Below are positions 49,850 to 62,647 of a stretch of 64,000 bases of DNA, piece by piece. Each line of letters opens with the position of its first letter. Position 1 is the stretch's first letter. Made by a program: the position numbers and the translations under genes. Below the pieces are notes generated by a model, which saw nothing but the letters and a program-made list of their open reading frames with translations, was not told where the DNA came from and did not search any database. Origin of the DNA: Gracilinanus agilis (Eukaryota); assembly GCF_016433145.1 (NCBI RefSeq), contig NC_058133.1:439149854-439213853 (forward strand), in the 5' to 3' direction.

Positions 49850-51694
49850 ATAACTGCAACTAATGCTCCATTATATGTTGTATTGTCGAAGAAGTAAATA
49901 GATTCTATGAAGAACTTAAATAATAGTTTGACAAGGGTCTCCAAGCCAAGTCAACATATATATGAATCCTTCTGACTAAAACATGTAGGTGGGCACAGGT
50001 GAGTATGGTGAAAAAATGTTAGAAAATAGAAACCATTCAGGACTTTTTAGAGTTTCATGGATTAATTAGAAGCCTTGCTTCTCTGTATCATAGGAAAGTC
50101 CTAAAAGAAGTCTCTGGACATGGTGAACACTGAAGAATATTTTTTAAAATTAAAATTGATTCTACTTTTAACAGGTTAGAAATGGCTCAGTACTGACATA
50201 GAAGTGATTCAGGATATCTGTGAATTCAGAATTCATTTGTGTACTGGTCAAAATCATTACCAATTTTTTTTTAAAGAACAAAAATGAGGAGCTATTCCAT
50301 GCAATTAAATCTCCCACCTGGCCATTAAGAGTTGTTGATGCTGAAAAACAGTAAATGGAAAAAGGCAAACTCTGACAGTGTCTGAGAAAATTGACAAAGG
50401 GGAATTGGAGGAGGAGGGCACAGCTGTGCCTCTGGTTTATTTGGGAGGCATCGAGATCCCCATCACTATTCGCTTTCTTTAATGAGAGGTGTGGTAGTAG
50501 CCCTTAACCCTGGGTGTGTGAAATGAAGTTTGAGAAACAGTGTTCTGTTTGACAGTGTTGGGTAGGAGTAGTGAGTCAGGCAGTCAGAGGGAGCTGAGGA
50601 GTCTCGGTTTGCCAGTGGTGACTCAGAGAGGAGGTTCAGTGTGAATTAATGCTGAGATCTGCAGCCCCAGTGGGTGTGCAAGGACTTGCTGTGAATGAGA
50701 ATGACTTGGGGGGAAGGGCAGTGGATGGGGAGAGGAAAGAGGCTGAGCTAACTGTGTTCTGAGTCCTGCCACCTCCCTTCCCCTTTGGGAGGGCCCAGTG
50801 AGAAAGCCCAATTATATTCTCCATCCCAATTGCCAGCTTTGGAGCTTCCTGTAACCTCTGGAGAAAGAGAGAGCAAAGGATATGAATGACAGCAGTGAGA
50901 GGTCCCTTACAAAGCTTTGTCTTGGATTATCGCTATTCTGTACAACTTAACCAAACCACTCTAAAGGAGAAGGAGTTCCTGCGTCACTCAAGCTTTCAAA
51001 GACTTGACTTCCTTTCCAAGTGGAAAAACGTGACAACCAAATGCTACTCTGGTTTAGAATACAAACTAATTTGTAAAACACGGAAGATGGTAGATTATAA
51101 GCATCATCACCTCACAAAATAGCACAAAACAAAACAGAAGGAAAAAGAGCCTTCAGAAAGTTATTAGGGCGGCAGCTAGTGGCTCAGTGGATGGAGAGCC
51201 AGGCCCTAAGATGAGAGGTCCTGGGTTCAAATCTGAATTCAGACACTTTCTAGCTGTGCTATTTCTTCTTTACAGACTCCAGGATTAGAATACAAAATGT
51301 GGTCATTCTACTGTTTTCATTAATGATGCAAAGTAGATATTGAAATGCTGACAAATCCCCTCCATTTTGAATCTATTAAAGCTTGAACTTGGAATGAAGA
51401 TGCCCGGAGTTCAACTCTTTCCTCAAATGCTTACTAGCTTTGTAACCTTGGGTAAAGTCTCTTGTCTTCAGTTTCCTCATCTGTAAAATGGAGATAAAAA
51501 TAACCATAAGGGTCAATTAAGGTAATTCATGTAAAATGCTTTCTATACTCTAAAGTTACCACACAATCTGTATAAAAGTAGCTGTCGATGTCCCCCTCTT
51601 TCCAGATTCATATATAAACGCTGTTGTGATAGTCTGGTTTAGTAGAGCTACTTTATCTAATTTCCTTTCTTCCTTCCTTTCTTTTTCTTTCTTT

Positions 51695-51895
51695 CTTAAC
51701 CCTTAACTTCCAACTTAGAATCAATACTGTGTATTGGTTCCAAGACAGAAGAGCAGTAAGGGCTTAGACAATGGGAGTTAAGTGACTTGTCCAGGGTCAC
51801 ACAGATAGAAAGTATCTGAGATCAGATTTTAATCCAGGTCCTTCCAACTCTGGGTGTGGGGTGCCATCCCTTGTGCGATTATCCAGCTGCCCCCA
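51695..51895 (-). mobile_element. SINE1_Mdo-like SINE
   Basis: aacccttaacttccaacttagaatcaatactgtgtattggttcc...ccagctgccccc. Confidence 0.8.
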
Positions 51896-53569
51896 AAATA
51901 GTTTGTTAGTGAGGGCACTAGCAGTTGAGATCAGGAAAGGAGATTGAGAAATGAAATACCACAGGTGAGGAACAGAGAAAAAGTCTATATTGATTGGTTT
52001 ATGTTTTCTTTACAAGATAATCAGGCTTTGGAAATAACTTCTGGCATATATATGTGTTAGTTCCATATATATCTTAGATAACAGAGTTATATATCTTAGA
52101 TATATATCTTGGAGACCATTGATATTTGATATGTTTTCTCATTTTACATTTTATCTTATATTTTCATTGATTTTATCTATATGATAGCTAAGGTCTACAT
52201 AGCATTTTAAGGTTTGCAAAGCACTTTATGCACATGATCTTTAAACTTCACAACAACCCTGTGAAGTAGCTATAATAATTATCCCGGTTTTATAGATGAA
52301 AAATCTGAGGCTGAGAAGTGAACCATGACTTTTAGGGTGGGAAGATAGCACACAGCATAGTCTATTTTGCCATTTAAGGCCATTTCTGAGAGGTACAAAA
52401 ATGTAATGGATAGAGAACTTGAACCTGCTACCTTGGAATCCTGGCTTCAGAACCGTGGGCAAGTCACCTACTCTCAGCCCACTAAGCCCCGAAGACTCTT
52501 AAGTTTCAGAGCAGAACCTGGAATATATCAGGTAGAGTTTTTTCAATATCAATATCTGTATTCATGTATCCATGAAATCATATGGCCCACATGAGCCAGG
52601 CAGTATAAAATTACAAATAAAAAAAGATAATATTCTTTGTCCTGCAAAATGAAGGGTAGGCAAAAATCGTCATTGGGAGAAGGAGTACCTTACCCAGAGA
52701 TCCCTGCACCAATGAAATTGTAAATGTGGGCAAAACAAAACAATTCCTCCTCTATCCTTTGTTTACCTAAGGATCCGCTCCTTGGCCAGTTATGAAAGGC
52801 TCTTGGTGTTCTTCTCTTGTTGTTTTGTAAATGGTGTGCCTTTTAATATGTTGGTCATATATCCATTGAGCTTATCAGGTAGAAGATATAAGGTGTTTAT
52901 TCATACTTAATTTCAGCAACATTGCTTTCCATTTTTCCCAGTTCTTGCCATAAAGGGCATCTTCCCCCCCAATTATTTTCATTCTTGGATTTCCATCTAG
53001 TGAAAGGCTACTCCTTAAGTCATTTCTGTTTCTTGCTTACCTTATGAATTCCAGCCTCAGGAATCTTGATGTGCCTGGCTCTGGGGGCTGGGCTGTATCT
53101 CAAATCCAATCTTTATTCCATCCATGCAAATCCCTATCATGAGATGTGAGGGCACATGCTTATTTGGTTGTTTACCAACTAAAGATGTTTGTATTCTCTT
53201 GTCCTGGGTATACCATTCTGTCTATCCAAACAGGCTAATTCAAGTCATTTACAGGACTTTTTCTCTCTCTTAAGAGGGTCATTTCTCTCTTAGGTTGGAG
53301 CATCTGAAGGGGGCCCTGCTCACCTATCACTTGATTCTCTGTCAAGTCCCTATTTCTATATCAACAGATGGGGGGGGGGGGGGGAGAAGGGGATGGTCAT
53401 GGGAAATGTCTCAGCGAAGCAGAGTGGTACTATGGAATTGCTGTGGGATTTTAGAGTAAAAAAAAAAATCTGTATTCAGAATACAGCTCTCTTATTATTT
53501 CTGGGACAGGTCACTTGCCCTCTCTGGGGTATCAGTTTCTTTGATTTTTAAAATGAGAGGTAGGTGAGG

Positions 53570-53752
53570 GGATACAGTAAGGTAGCTCAGTGGATTGAAA
53601 GCCATGCCTAGAGATGGGTTCGAATCTGGCCTCAGATACTTCCTAGCTGTGTGACCCAGGGAAGTCACTTTACCCCCATTTCCTAGGCTGTACCATTCTT
53701 CTATCTTGGAACCTATACATAGTATAGAAGCAAAGATGTAAGGGTTTTTTAA
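53570..53752 (+). mobile_element. SINE1_Mdo-like SINE
   Basis: ggtagctcagtggattgaaagcc...gtaagggttttttaaaaa. Confidence 0.8.
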
Positions 53753-53811
53753 AAATGAGAGTACTGAATGATCATTGAGATCCCTTCTAATCTATCTATG
53801 ATTCTCTATTG

Positions 53812-54010
53812 TATGTTGTTGTTCAGCTGCTTTAGTTGTGTCTGACTCTTTATGACCCTATTTGGGGTTTTCTTGGTAAAGATACTGGAGTGGTCTGCCA
53901 TTTCCTTCTCCAGCTCATTTTACAGATGAGGAAATTGGAGCCAAAAGAGTTAAGTGACTTTCCCAAGGCTAGTTCATAGCTAGCTTACATAGCTAGTAAA
54001 TGTCTGAGAT
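53812..54010 (-). mobile_element. MAR1 SINE
   Basis: tgttgttgttcag...tctgactctttatgaccctatttggggttttcttggtaaagatactggagtggtctgccatttccttctccagctc. Confidence 0.85.
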
Positions 54011-54289
54011 TGCTGGCACCCAATAATCAACTGATCAATGAATCAGTAATCATTAAACACCTGCTATGTGCAAGACACTGTGCTAGACCCTAAGGATATA
54101 AAAACAAAAAAGAAATAGTCCCTGTCCTCAAGGAGCTTATATTCTATTGGTATAGATAGCGTGTATAAATACAAGTATATACAAAAGTAATTCAATATTG
54201 TTCAGGAGGGTGAGCAGGAGGAGCATTTGGGTGGGTGGAGAATGGGATCAGGAAAGACTTCTTATGCAAGTTGGTGCTTAATCTGAATC

Positions 54290-54371
54290 AGGAAGGAAGG
54301 AAGGAAGAAAGGAAGGAAGGAAGGAAGGAAGGAAGGAAGGAAGGAAGGAAGGAAGGAAGGAAGGAAGGAAA
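54290..54371. repeat. (GGAA)n microsatellite inside an L2 fragment
   Basis: Direct reading. Confidence 0.95.
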
Positions 54372-55289
54372 GGATTCCGTGAGGGGGAAGTCAGAAAAGA
54401 GAGTATTCTATTCTTGGAGAACTACCAGTGCAAAGGGATGGAGATGGGATGGGTAAGTAAATTGAAAGTTAAAGCGTTTAAAAAATATCCACATGGTATG
54501 ACAAATAAGTATCTGAAGCTTCATTCAAACCCAGGACTTGGATATTTTTATAATGTGTTATAATTAATATTAATTACTGTGTTTCCAAAGCAGTCAATAC
54601 TCCAAATATTAACATTTCATTTGAGTATGAATTTGTTATACCAGAATTTATTTTCACATCAATTTCTAAAATAATTAGCCAACGATGGTATATAAGCTAG
54701 TTGCTTATACTTATATATAGTTGCCCATTATCTAGAGAATGACTGAAAAAAACTGTAGTATATGGCTAGTGTAACCACTAGGTTTCACATAAAAAATGGA
54801 AGTTAAGTTCTTTTCTTCCGAGAAGAAAATGGCCTGGTATTCCCTTTTTGAATTTTTGCTTTAGGGACTTTACAAAGTTAGAAGGAAATACAAGAATGTG
54901 TATCTCCAGTTGGAGAGAGTTTCTCTAACCACAGACCAGGGATTAGAGTTGCCAGCCCAAAAGCAGGAAGGAATTTCTGGGTCAGTGTTCTCTGTGGCTA
55001 ACGCTACTTTCTCCCTGTAGTCTCTTCTAGTATGCCTCTTTTTCTTGTTCTTGAGGTCTTGGCTAGAAAGACAAAATTTAAAAACAACTGTCAAGGGCAG
55101 AATATATAGCAAGGGGTTAAACTGCTCTCCCCCTCCACAAAGCTGATTTATGTTCATTGGTTCATTGCTATTAAGAGAAAAGTAAATTGTCAGATTGATA
55201 GTGGGAGCTAATCACTGGGTCACTCAATGATTTAGAATAAATTCTAACTAAAACTGATGATTGATATAGAGAAGCAGACCTCACTATGA

Positions 55290-55602
55290 GAACTAAGCTC
55301 ATAGCTTAAGAAAGATGCCTCAGAGAACTGCAGGAGAGGAAACACAGAAGAAAAGCAACTGCTTGAACACATGGGTTGAGGAGGACATGATTGGGGATGT
55401 AGACCCGAAACTACCACACCAATGCAACTATCAACAATTTGGAAATAGGTCTTGATCAATGACACATGTTAAAATCAGTGGAAATATGCATTGGCCATTG
55501 GAGGGGGGGAGGAGGTCGGGGGGTGAAGGGGAAAGTAAGAACATGAATCATGTAATCATGATAACTTTTCTAAAAAATAAAAATTATTAAATGAAAAAAA
55601 AA
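55290..55602 (+). mobile_element. Young opossum-type L1 3' end (L1-1_MD/L1_Mdo1-like), 5' truncated
   Basis: gaactgcaggagaggaaacacagaagaaaagcaactgcttgaacacatggg...catgaatcatgtaatcatg...AATAAA, poly(A); 5' boundary approximate. Confidence 0.85.
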
Positions 55603-56781
55603 AGAGAAAGATACCTCACCCCCCCAGGATCCTGAGGGAGAGATGTAGCTGCCCTCTGAGGAACCAGTCTGCTAGTGCCTGTTGAAATAAGGAACCCCCC
55701 CCCCCAGTAGTTCTAAACACTGCTCTTATATGCTGTGACTTCAGCAATATAAATGGGGGAGAAGGGGCAACAAAATGAAATCAACTGAAAATCATGGAAA
55801 AACCAATGAAAGTCCCAAGGAAGGAATAATAAAACATATCTCCTCCCTCCCAGTGGAGAGGCGTCAGAATATTATTTGCAGGATCAGACAAAAATTCTAT
55901 ATTAAGTAGTTTTATCATAAGAAAGCATTCATTCTAGGTGGTGTGGTGTAAAATGGCTGCAATGTAAAAACAAAAGGTATCAAAGTATTAAAAATAAAAT
56001 AAAAATAATTCCAATTCTGTTTCCTTATTTCATGTTTCAATAACTTCTGATCTGTTTCCCTTTCCTTCTTATATTTTCAATATTTTATGAAGGAATACAA
56101 GATCTGAAATGACAATAAGATACAGAGGTCAGTAAGAGCAGGGAGCCCAGAAGGCAAGATTCCATCTGGTACATGTGCCCAAAATGTTGGACAGCCTCTC
56201 TGTGGCGACAATTGCTTTTGGTGTCTCCTAGGTGTGTCCTAACAATGGCCAATTATAGATAGGGTTATTTTGGTTCTCTAATGGACACAGCCTTTCTTAG
56301 AATTAAATATGAATTGTTATACTGCCTTCCCAGCATCACAGGAAGGTGCTGTGTAAACCTCAAAGTCCTCTCTTTTCTCTGACTGTACCTGTGACTTTCG
56401 GGGGAGAAAGCTGCCAGTGAGGAGTTCCCTCTGCCAATACAGATTAGCACCTCTGCAATTTATAATTTTATTGAGTTGCCTGGAAGCCTTGAGAGGTACT
56501 TGAGCAGGGTCAAACAGCTAGCATGTGTCAGAGACAGGTTTGAACCCAGGTTTCTCCTGACTCCATAAGCAAAACAAAAATTACAACTTGCGAAATTACT
56601 CTGTTGCTACGTAGATGGGCAACAGTTCTTAGGGAGGATCACACCCTTAACGTATACAAGAAGTTGTTCTATATTATCTTGGCCTCTCACCAGCTTGCTA
56701 CTAGGAAACATCAGCCCTAGGATGGCTTACCCAATTTTCTGATATGAGGGTCTGTATGGTCCATTTCTGGAAGTAGCCACT

Positions 56782-56905
56782 TTTTTTTTTTTTTTTTATA
56801 GACCCTTACCTTCTGTCTTACTATCAATTCTGAAACAGAAGAGCAATAAAGGCAAGGCAATCAAGGTTAAGTGATTTAACCAGGGTCATAGAGCTAGGAA
56901 GTGGA
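56782..56905 (-). mobile_element. SINE1_Mdo-like SINE 3' part
   Basis: T run, gacccttaccttctgtctta...aaggttaagtgattt. Confidence 0.7.
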
Positions 56906-57312
56906 TGTAGAGCATTTTACAAAACTTACAGCAGTATAGAAATGTCAGCTATCATTGCCATTTTAATAATATGTGCTTAATAATAACATGTCTATAGCAC
57001 TGTTAAAGTTTGCAAAATTCTTTGCATATACTATCTCATTTGATTCTCACAACAACCCTGTCAGGGTAGGTGCTATTTTTGCCCCTGTTTTATTATCAAG
57101 TCAAAAAGCATCTATTGAGTGTCTCCTGTGTATGAGGCACTACTGTTAGAATTGTTACTATAGAAGGCAGACTAAACCCATCACCTTAACTGCCCCCCAC
57201 CCCACTCTCTTTTAGAAATAATAAGAAAGCATGTTTAAATTATCTTCCTCTGAAGCCTTTGGACTAATATGAAAGAGACACTATATCAATCTTTCTTTAA
57301 TGATCAATTCTG

Positions 57313-58378
57313 TGTCCATTTCACTGAAGTTTCTATGTTTTTTCTTGATGTTTCTTTTTCTTCTCCTGATCCATTTGCTATTTGTTCAATTTCTGGATAG
57401 AAACTGTCGATTGTGGTTTCTTTTTTCTTTTTCTGTTGTTTACTCATATTTTTTCCTTCTTTCTCCCCTGTAATCTTGATCCTCTGATCATACTTTTTTT
57501 ATCTGTGGGTTTGGACTATTCAGCCCTGGGATGGCTTCTTCTCTGTTTTGTTGATTAATTAGGTTAGTGGGACCTGAGGCCAGATATTCCCCAGCTGGTG
57601 ATAAAGGTAAAGAAGTAAATTTGGCTACTTTCCTTGTAGTCTTGTAGTGGGGGAGGGGTGTTGGAGCTTCCCTGCCCTCTGAAAACTTCTAGTCTGCTGT
57701 GCTGTTAGGATTGAGCCAGATGGGGTTGATCTGCACAGCTCCAAGTGCCCTGAAGTCAGATTTTCCCCAGCTGGTGGTAAAAGCTAGAGAAATGAGTTTG
57801 GCTTCATTCACTCTAGTCTGTGGGGGAGGGGTGTTGGAGCTTCCCTGCCCTTGGTGGACTTCTTGTCTGCTGTATTGATAGGATTAAGCTCTGGTGTGGT
57901 TGATCTTGTAGGCTCTGAGTGCTCTGAGGTCAAAGCCTCAAGAGTAAGGGGGTGGGGCAGCACAAGATGGAGGGTATGTTCACCCTCTCTGGGTTTCTCC
58001 CCGAGCAGCCTCCCTGCTGTCTGTGATCAAAACCTTGAGTTTGGCACAGCAGTGCCAGTGAGGCACTCCCTTGGACTAGTGCCCCAGCCCCCCCCCCCAA
58101 GATTCCAGGATCCTCTGGAGACTCAGCACATTAGGTGGAGGAGGGGATCTGGGATCTTCCTCCTTTCTTTCCCCTCCCTCAGGACAGTTCCAAGAATTCA
58201 GGCTTTTTTTTTCTCTTCCCGCCACCCCACCTTTTAAGTTGGGTTCAGCTAGAGGATCCCCCAGCTCTATTGTGTTGTCAGATTTGGTTTTCTGTTCCCT
58301 TGGAGCCCTTTGTCCTTGATTGGTGGTGAAGGGCTTTATGGAGGTCTGGAACCTTGCTGCTTCTAAGCCGCCATCTTC
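57313..58378 (-). mobile_element. L1 consisting of 5'UTR plus ORF1 N-terminus only, flanked by a perfect 18 bp direct repeat
   Basis: 5' end gaagatggcggcttagaagcagc on the minus strand; ORF1 ATG at 57447 reads MSKQQKKKKETTIDSFYPEIEQIANGSGEEKETSRKNIETSVKWT(QN*); ctttaatgatcaattctg at 57295-57312 and 58379-58396. Confidence 0.9.
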
Positions 58379-58694
58379 CTTTAATGATCAATTCTGAAAC
58401 AATGTCCAGATCCCCTCTCTCTAGACTGATTCAGGAAAAAACTGTTCTATGGAGTAATGAGGACAGTGTCCAGGGGACAATAAGGGGCCCTTGACTGACT
58501 CATCTTGACCCATCTAGGGTAATAATTAGATGGAAGAAGTCTCTTGTACTGCTTTAGTCCATGGATGTATCTCTTGAGTTCATCTTTGGAGTATCTTTCC
58601 TTTGGAAAGGAAAACCTTTAAAGGAAATGATTTAAGAAGAAATGAATGGTTTCAGGAAAGGATTGAGCATATCTAACATTTCCAAGGGCAGCAA

Positions 58695-58885
58695 GAAGAG
58701 TCATCTCCCTGAGTTCAAATCTGGTCTTAGAATACTTCTAGCTTTGTGACCCTGGACAAGTCGCTGACCCCTGTTTGCCTCAGTTTCCTCATCTATAAGA
58801 TGAGCTGGAGAAGGAAATGACAAACCATTCCCATATCTTTGCCAAGAAAATCCCAAATGGGGTCACAAAGAGTTGGACATGACAG
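58695..58885 (+). mobile_element. MAR1 SINE
   Basis: gagttcaaatctgg...gagctggagaaggaaatgacaaaccattcccatatctttgccaagaaaatcccaaatggggtcacaaagagttggacatgac. Confidence 0.85.
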
Positions 58886-59544
58886 GAAAACAATTGAATA
58901 ACAAGAATGGGTTGAAAGCTAAGGGACACAGGCTGTATAGGAATCAAAATATTAAATGAACTTTACCCTGATTGCTGTAATTACATTTTATCTCAGAGGA
59001 GAATGCTGTTTATTATCTAGGATTGCTCTAACTGTCTCTCTGAAATGGCTTACGGTAGACAGAGATACTCAGAGCCATGGGTTGCTCTCTCTGCCCTTGG
59101 TCCTTGCTCTATGCAGAAATGCTTAGATCAGAAAAACTTACTTATAACAATTATCTAGCAGACTTGTACCTAAAATGCCAAGTGAAGACTTTTCTTCTAC
59201 TTTACTCTGTATTTCTTGTTAATTCAACTTGTAGTTTTTCATAACGTAATCATAAACTTCTGGAATTAGAAGAGTTTGAGATCTTAAAAATCATTTAAGA
59301 AAAAGACTACGTTCAAGCTAGAAAGCTGGAATGGGAAATTGCCATACCACTGGAGGCAGGAGGTATAGAAGTGGAGGAACATCTTGGATTGAAACCATGG
59401 GAGGAGATAGATAAAAACAGGATGACTGGAGGATAAGGAAAGCCAAATTAATCTGGGAGCAAAGCTATTGACTTTGTGTTAGTTTGCTATGCTTAGCATA
59501 TGGCCTAGCATATCATCCTTTTCAGGGAAGTGAGGAGGTACAAA

Positions 59545-59727
59545 AGGGCAGCTAGGTGGTTCAGGGCTTAGAAAAGCAGGCCTGGAAACAGGAGGACCTT
59601 GGTTCAGATGTGGCCTCAGATACTTCCTAGCTGTGTGACCCTGGACAAGTCACATAACCCCATTTGCCCAATTCTTACCATTCTTCTCCCTTGGAATGAT
59701 ACTTGTTTCAGTTCTAAGACAGAAGGG
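59545..59727 (+). mobile_element. SINE1_Mdo-like SINE
   Basis: gggcagctaggtggttcag...ttctaagacagaaggg. Confidence 0.8.
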
Positions 59728-59729
59728 TT

Positions 59730-59953
59730 GTTGTGGCTCATACAGGCAACTGAGAGCCAATTATTACATTTTCAGTGTATTTATACCTTGGAAATTGGCA
59801 AATGCTACAAATCAGGGCTTGATTTATCATTTTGTGGATTGTCCAGATTTAAGAAAATTATGGAAAATGCCAATAATGCAGATTCAACTTGAAAGTATGT
59901 CATATGTTCATTTTCCCTCCAGAGAGCTAGTAATTAAATATTTACCAGTATAC
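59730..59953. mobile_element. Old hAT-Tip100-like MITE fragment
   Basis: Terminal-like gagagctagtaattaaatatttaccagtatacc and internal ggaaattggcaaatgctacaaatcagggcttg. Confidence 0.45.
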
Positions 59954-59986
59954 CATTTGGTGCCAGCCATACCCTATTCTCCTTTT

Positions 59987-60186
59987 TTTTTTTAAACCAT
60001 TACTTTCTGTCTTGGAGTCAATACTGTGTATTGGTTCCAAGGCAGAAGAGTGGTAAGGGCTAGGCAATGGGGGTCAAGTGACTTGCCCAGGGTCACACAG
60101 CTGGGAAGTGTCTGAGGCCAGATTTGAATCTAGGACCTCCCGTTCTAGGCCTGGCTCTCAATCCACTGAGCCACCCAGCTGCCCCC
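59987..60186 (-). mobile_element. SINE1_Mdo-like SINE
   Basis: Near-consensus full length; flanks ctattctcctttt / ctagtctcctttt. Confidence 0.9.
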
Positions 60187-60574
60187 TCTAGTCTCCTTTT
60201 TGAAAAGATTGAACTGTCAAAGAAGAAAACTCTTGTCAATGGCCTAGAAACCTTTCCCTACCTCCCCACCAAAGTTTATCTCTGTCTCATAGATTCAATA
60301 TTCTCCAAAGTTTTTAAAAATATATACTTTAAAACCATTAGTAGAAAAATAATCAAATAAATACCTTACAAAATAAGAAATAAAATTTTATAGGAACTCT
60401 TACCATTTTAATTAAATAACTAAATAACTTTATAACTAAATAATTTTAACATAATAAGACCAAAACAAATTAATGAACAAAAAATATATTTTCGGTGTCC
60501 TTTTTCAGGTCTTTCACAGTCTTTTGAATTATCTTTTCCTTTTTCTATGCATTTGTAGTCAACGTGCATGCTGT

Positions 60575-60800
60575 TATTGTTCAATTATTTCATTCGTGTC
60601 AGACTCTTCCTGACCCTGTTTGAAATTTTCTTGGCAAAGATACTGGAGTGGTTTGCCATTTCCTTCTCCAGCTCATTTGATAGATGAGGAAACTGACAGG
60701 GTTAAGTGACTTGCTCAGGGTCATACAGCTATTAAAGTCATATTTGAACTCAGGTCTTCTTGACTCCAGGTCCAGGGCTCTCTCCACTGCACCACCTAAA
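60575..60800 (-). mobile_element. MAR1 SINE
   Basis: cagactcttcctgaccc...ttcttggcaaagatactggagtggtttgccatttccttctccagctc. Confidence 0.85.
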
Positions 60801-62044
60801 GTTCTAGCTTTAGCTTTAGTTACAGATCTTTAGTTCTTCAGCTTTGCTAAATGGCTCAGTGTTTAGAAGCAATGGACCTGGAGTCAAGAAGACCTGAGTT
60901 CAAATTCATCTTCAGTCACTCACTAGCTATATAACCCTGGACAAGTCATTTAACCTTTGCATCAATTTCTTCATCAGTAAAATGAGGGTAATAAGAGCAC
61001 ATCTCCAGCTTGCCATGATGATAAATGAGGTTTTGTCAAGCACTTTGCAAACCTTAGAGAGCTATTTAAGTGTTAGCTGTCATATCAGCCTTTCTATATG
61101 TTACTGTAGTCTTCATGGCTATTAACAACAGCATTCTGAACCCTATAACCCTTGCTTTCCCAGACCGTGGATCCCCTCCTCTTTCCTGGTGGGAATCAAA
61201 TCAACAGCTGAGCTGGGGCTTATGATAGAGCAGCCTTTCCTGACCCTGAATGGCGAACCAGTCAACCAGTCCTGAGCCCTACAGAACCAAGGAGGGCCAT
61301 GGACCTTTAGGACCAGCCCAGGACCACGGCCCAGACCCCTATTCAAGGGAAGAAAATCAAGTCAGCATCTAAGCTGGGGTCTAGAGGCCCAACTGCCTGT
61401 GCTTAATGGGAAGGCTTGGTAATCTACTGGCCTCTCAAATACTCAGATGGATATATTATCTCAGGGTAGAAGGTCCCTCCAAAAATTCAGGGAGAAACCC
61501 AGTGGTGCCTGTCCATGTGGTAGGACTCCTAGGCGTATTCTCCTCAAAGTTAGACACAAGAGGTCCATACACTATCTCCAGGGTGCCAGTAGAGCACCCC
61601 GGCTGCCCGCTTTGTACCCCTTGTTCATATCACACGGCTGGCCCATTTTTATTTCAATCAAATCATTCTCTGATAATCTCTTTTACTCCTGTTCTTCTTT
61701 GGAGTCCTTCACTGGGTATATGTGACAACCTGCTTGAAGTACTAACTATATGTCAGGCCCTGGGGATACAAAAACATGATAGGGTCTGAGTTCAAGGAGT
61801 TTTTTCATTCTAAAGGGGAAGATAAAACATGAAAGGGGGCTAGAGAGAAGTGAAGGAGAGTGCTTATATGGGCCAGGTAGCCAGGATGGAGTAGGACAGC
61901 CAGTGAACTGGGAGCAGAGACAGAGCAGCGTAGCTGGACCTTCTCATGATCTGGAGGTTCCGGGCAGAGACTCGTCCTCCCTGAGGGGGTCTCAGAGTGG
62001 AGGCATGCTCCCAGGGGCTGGGCAGCCAATGTAGAGGTTTCAGT

Positions 62045-62290
62045 ATTGTTTAGTCATTCGCTTGTGTCTGACTCTTCATGACCCTGTGGACCACAGCATG
62101 TCAGTACTGTCCAAGAGGTTTTCATGGCAAAGATACTGGAGTGTTTTGCCATTTCCTTCTCCAGTGGATTAAGGCAAGCAAAGGTTGAGTAATTTGCCCA
62201 GGACCACACAGTTAATAAGTGTCTGAAGCTGGATTTGAACTCAGATCCTCCTGGCTCCAAGCTCAGTGCTCTATCCACTGTGCCACCAAG
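62045..62290 (-). mobile_element. MAR1-type SINE (longer RTE-tail variant)
   Basis: tctgactcttcatgaccctgtggaccacagcatg...ttcatggcaaagatactggagtg...ccttctccagtggattaaggcaag. Confidence 0.8.
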
Positions 62291-62647
62291 TCACCTCCAA
62301 GGTAGAGGTAAGATAGGGTTATTTCTCTTGTCACATCTTCTGTCTTGAATAATATTTATAGATGGATGGATGGGAGAGACCTTGTTATAAAAGAGCGTGA
62401 GTGTGTGTGTTCCTACTGAATCAAATGCATTTTTGTAATCAATGAACAATCAGCAAAGCGGGGTCTTATATTCCCTACATGACACTACTTGTCAAACCAT
62501 ACTGATGTGGTCCATTATTGACTCTCCCTGGAAGGAACCTCCTTGTTCCCTACTAATACATTCATTGAAGATATCTTCAGTTCATGCATAGAAGACTCTT
62601 GAAGGAAATTTTATATAGATAGGATAGCAGAAGATAGGTCAATCATT

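Noticed and set aside
54235-54456. ORFs with repeated EGRK (also 25772-25996)
   Set aside because: Translation of (GGAA)n microsatellites.
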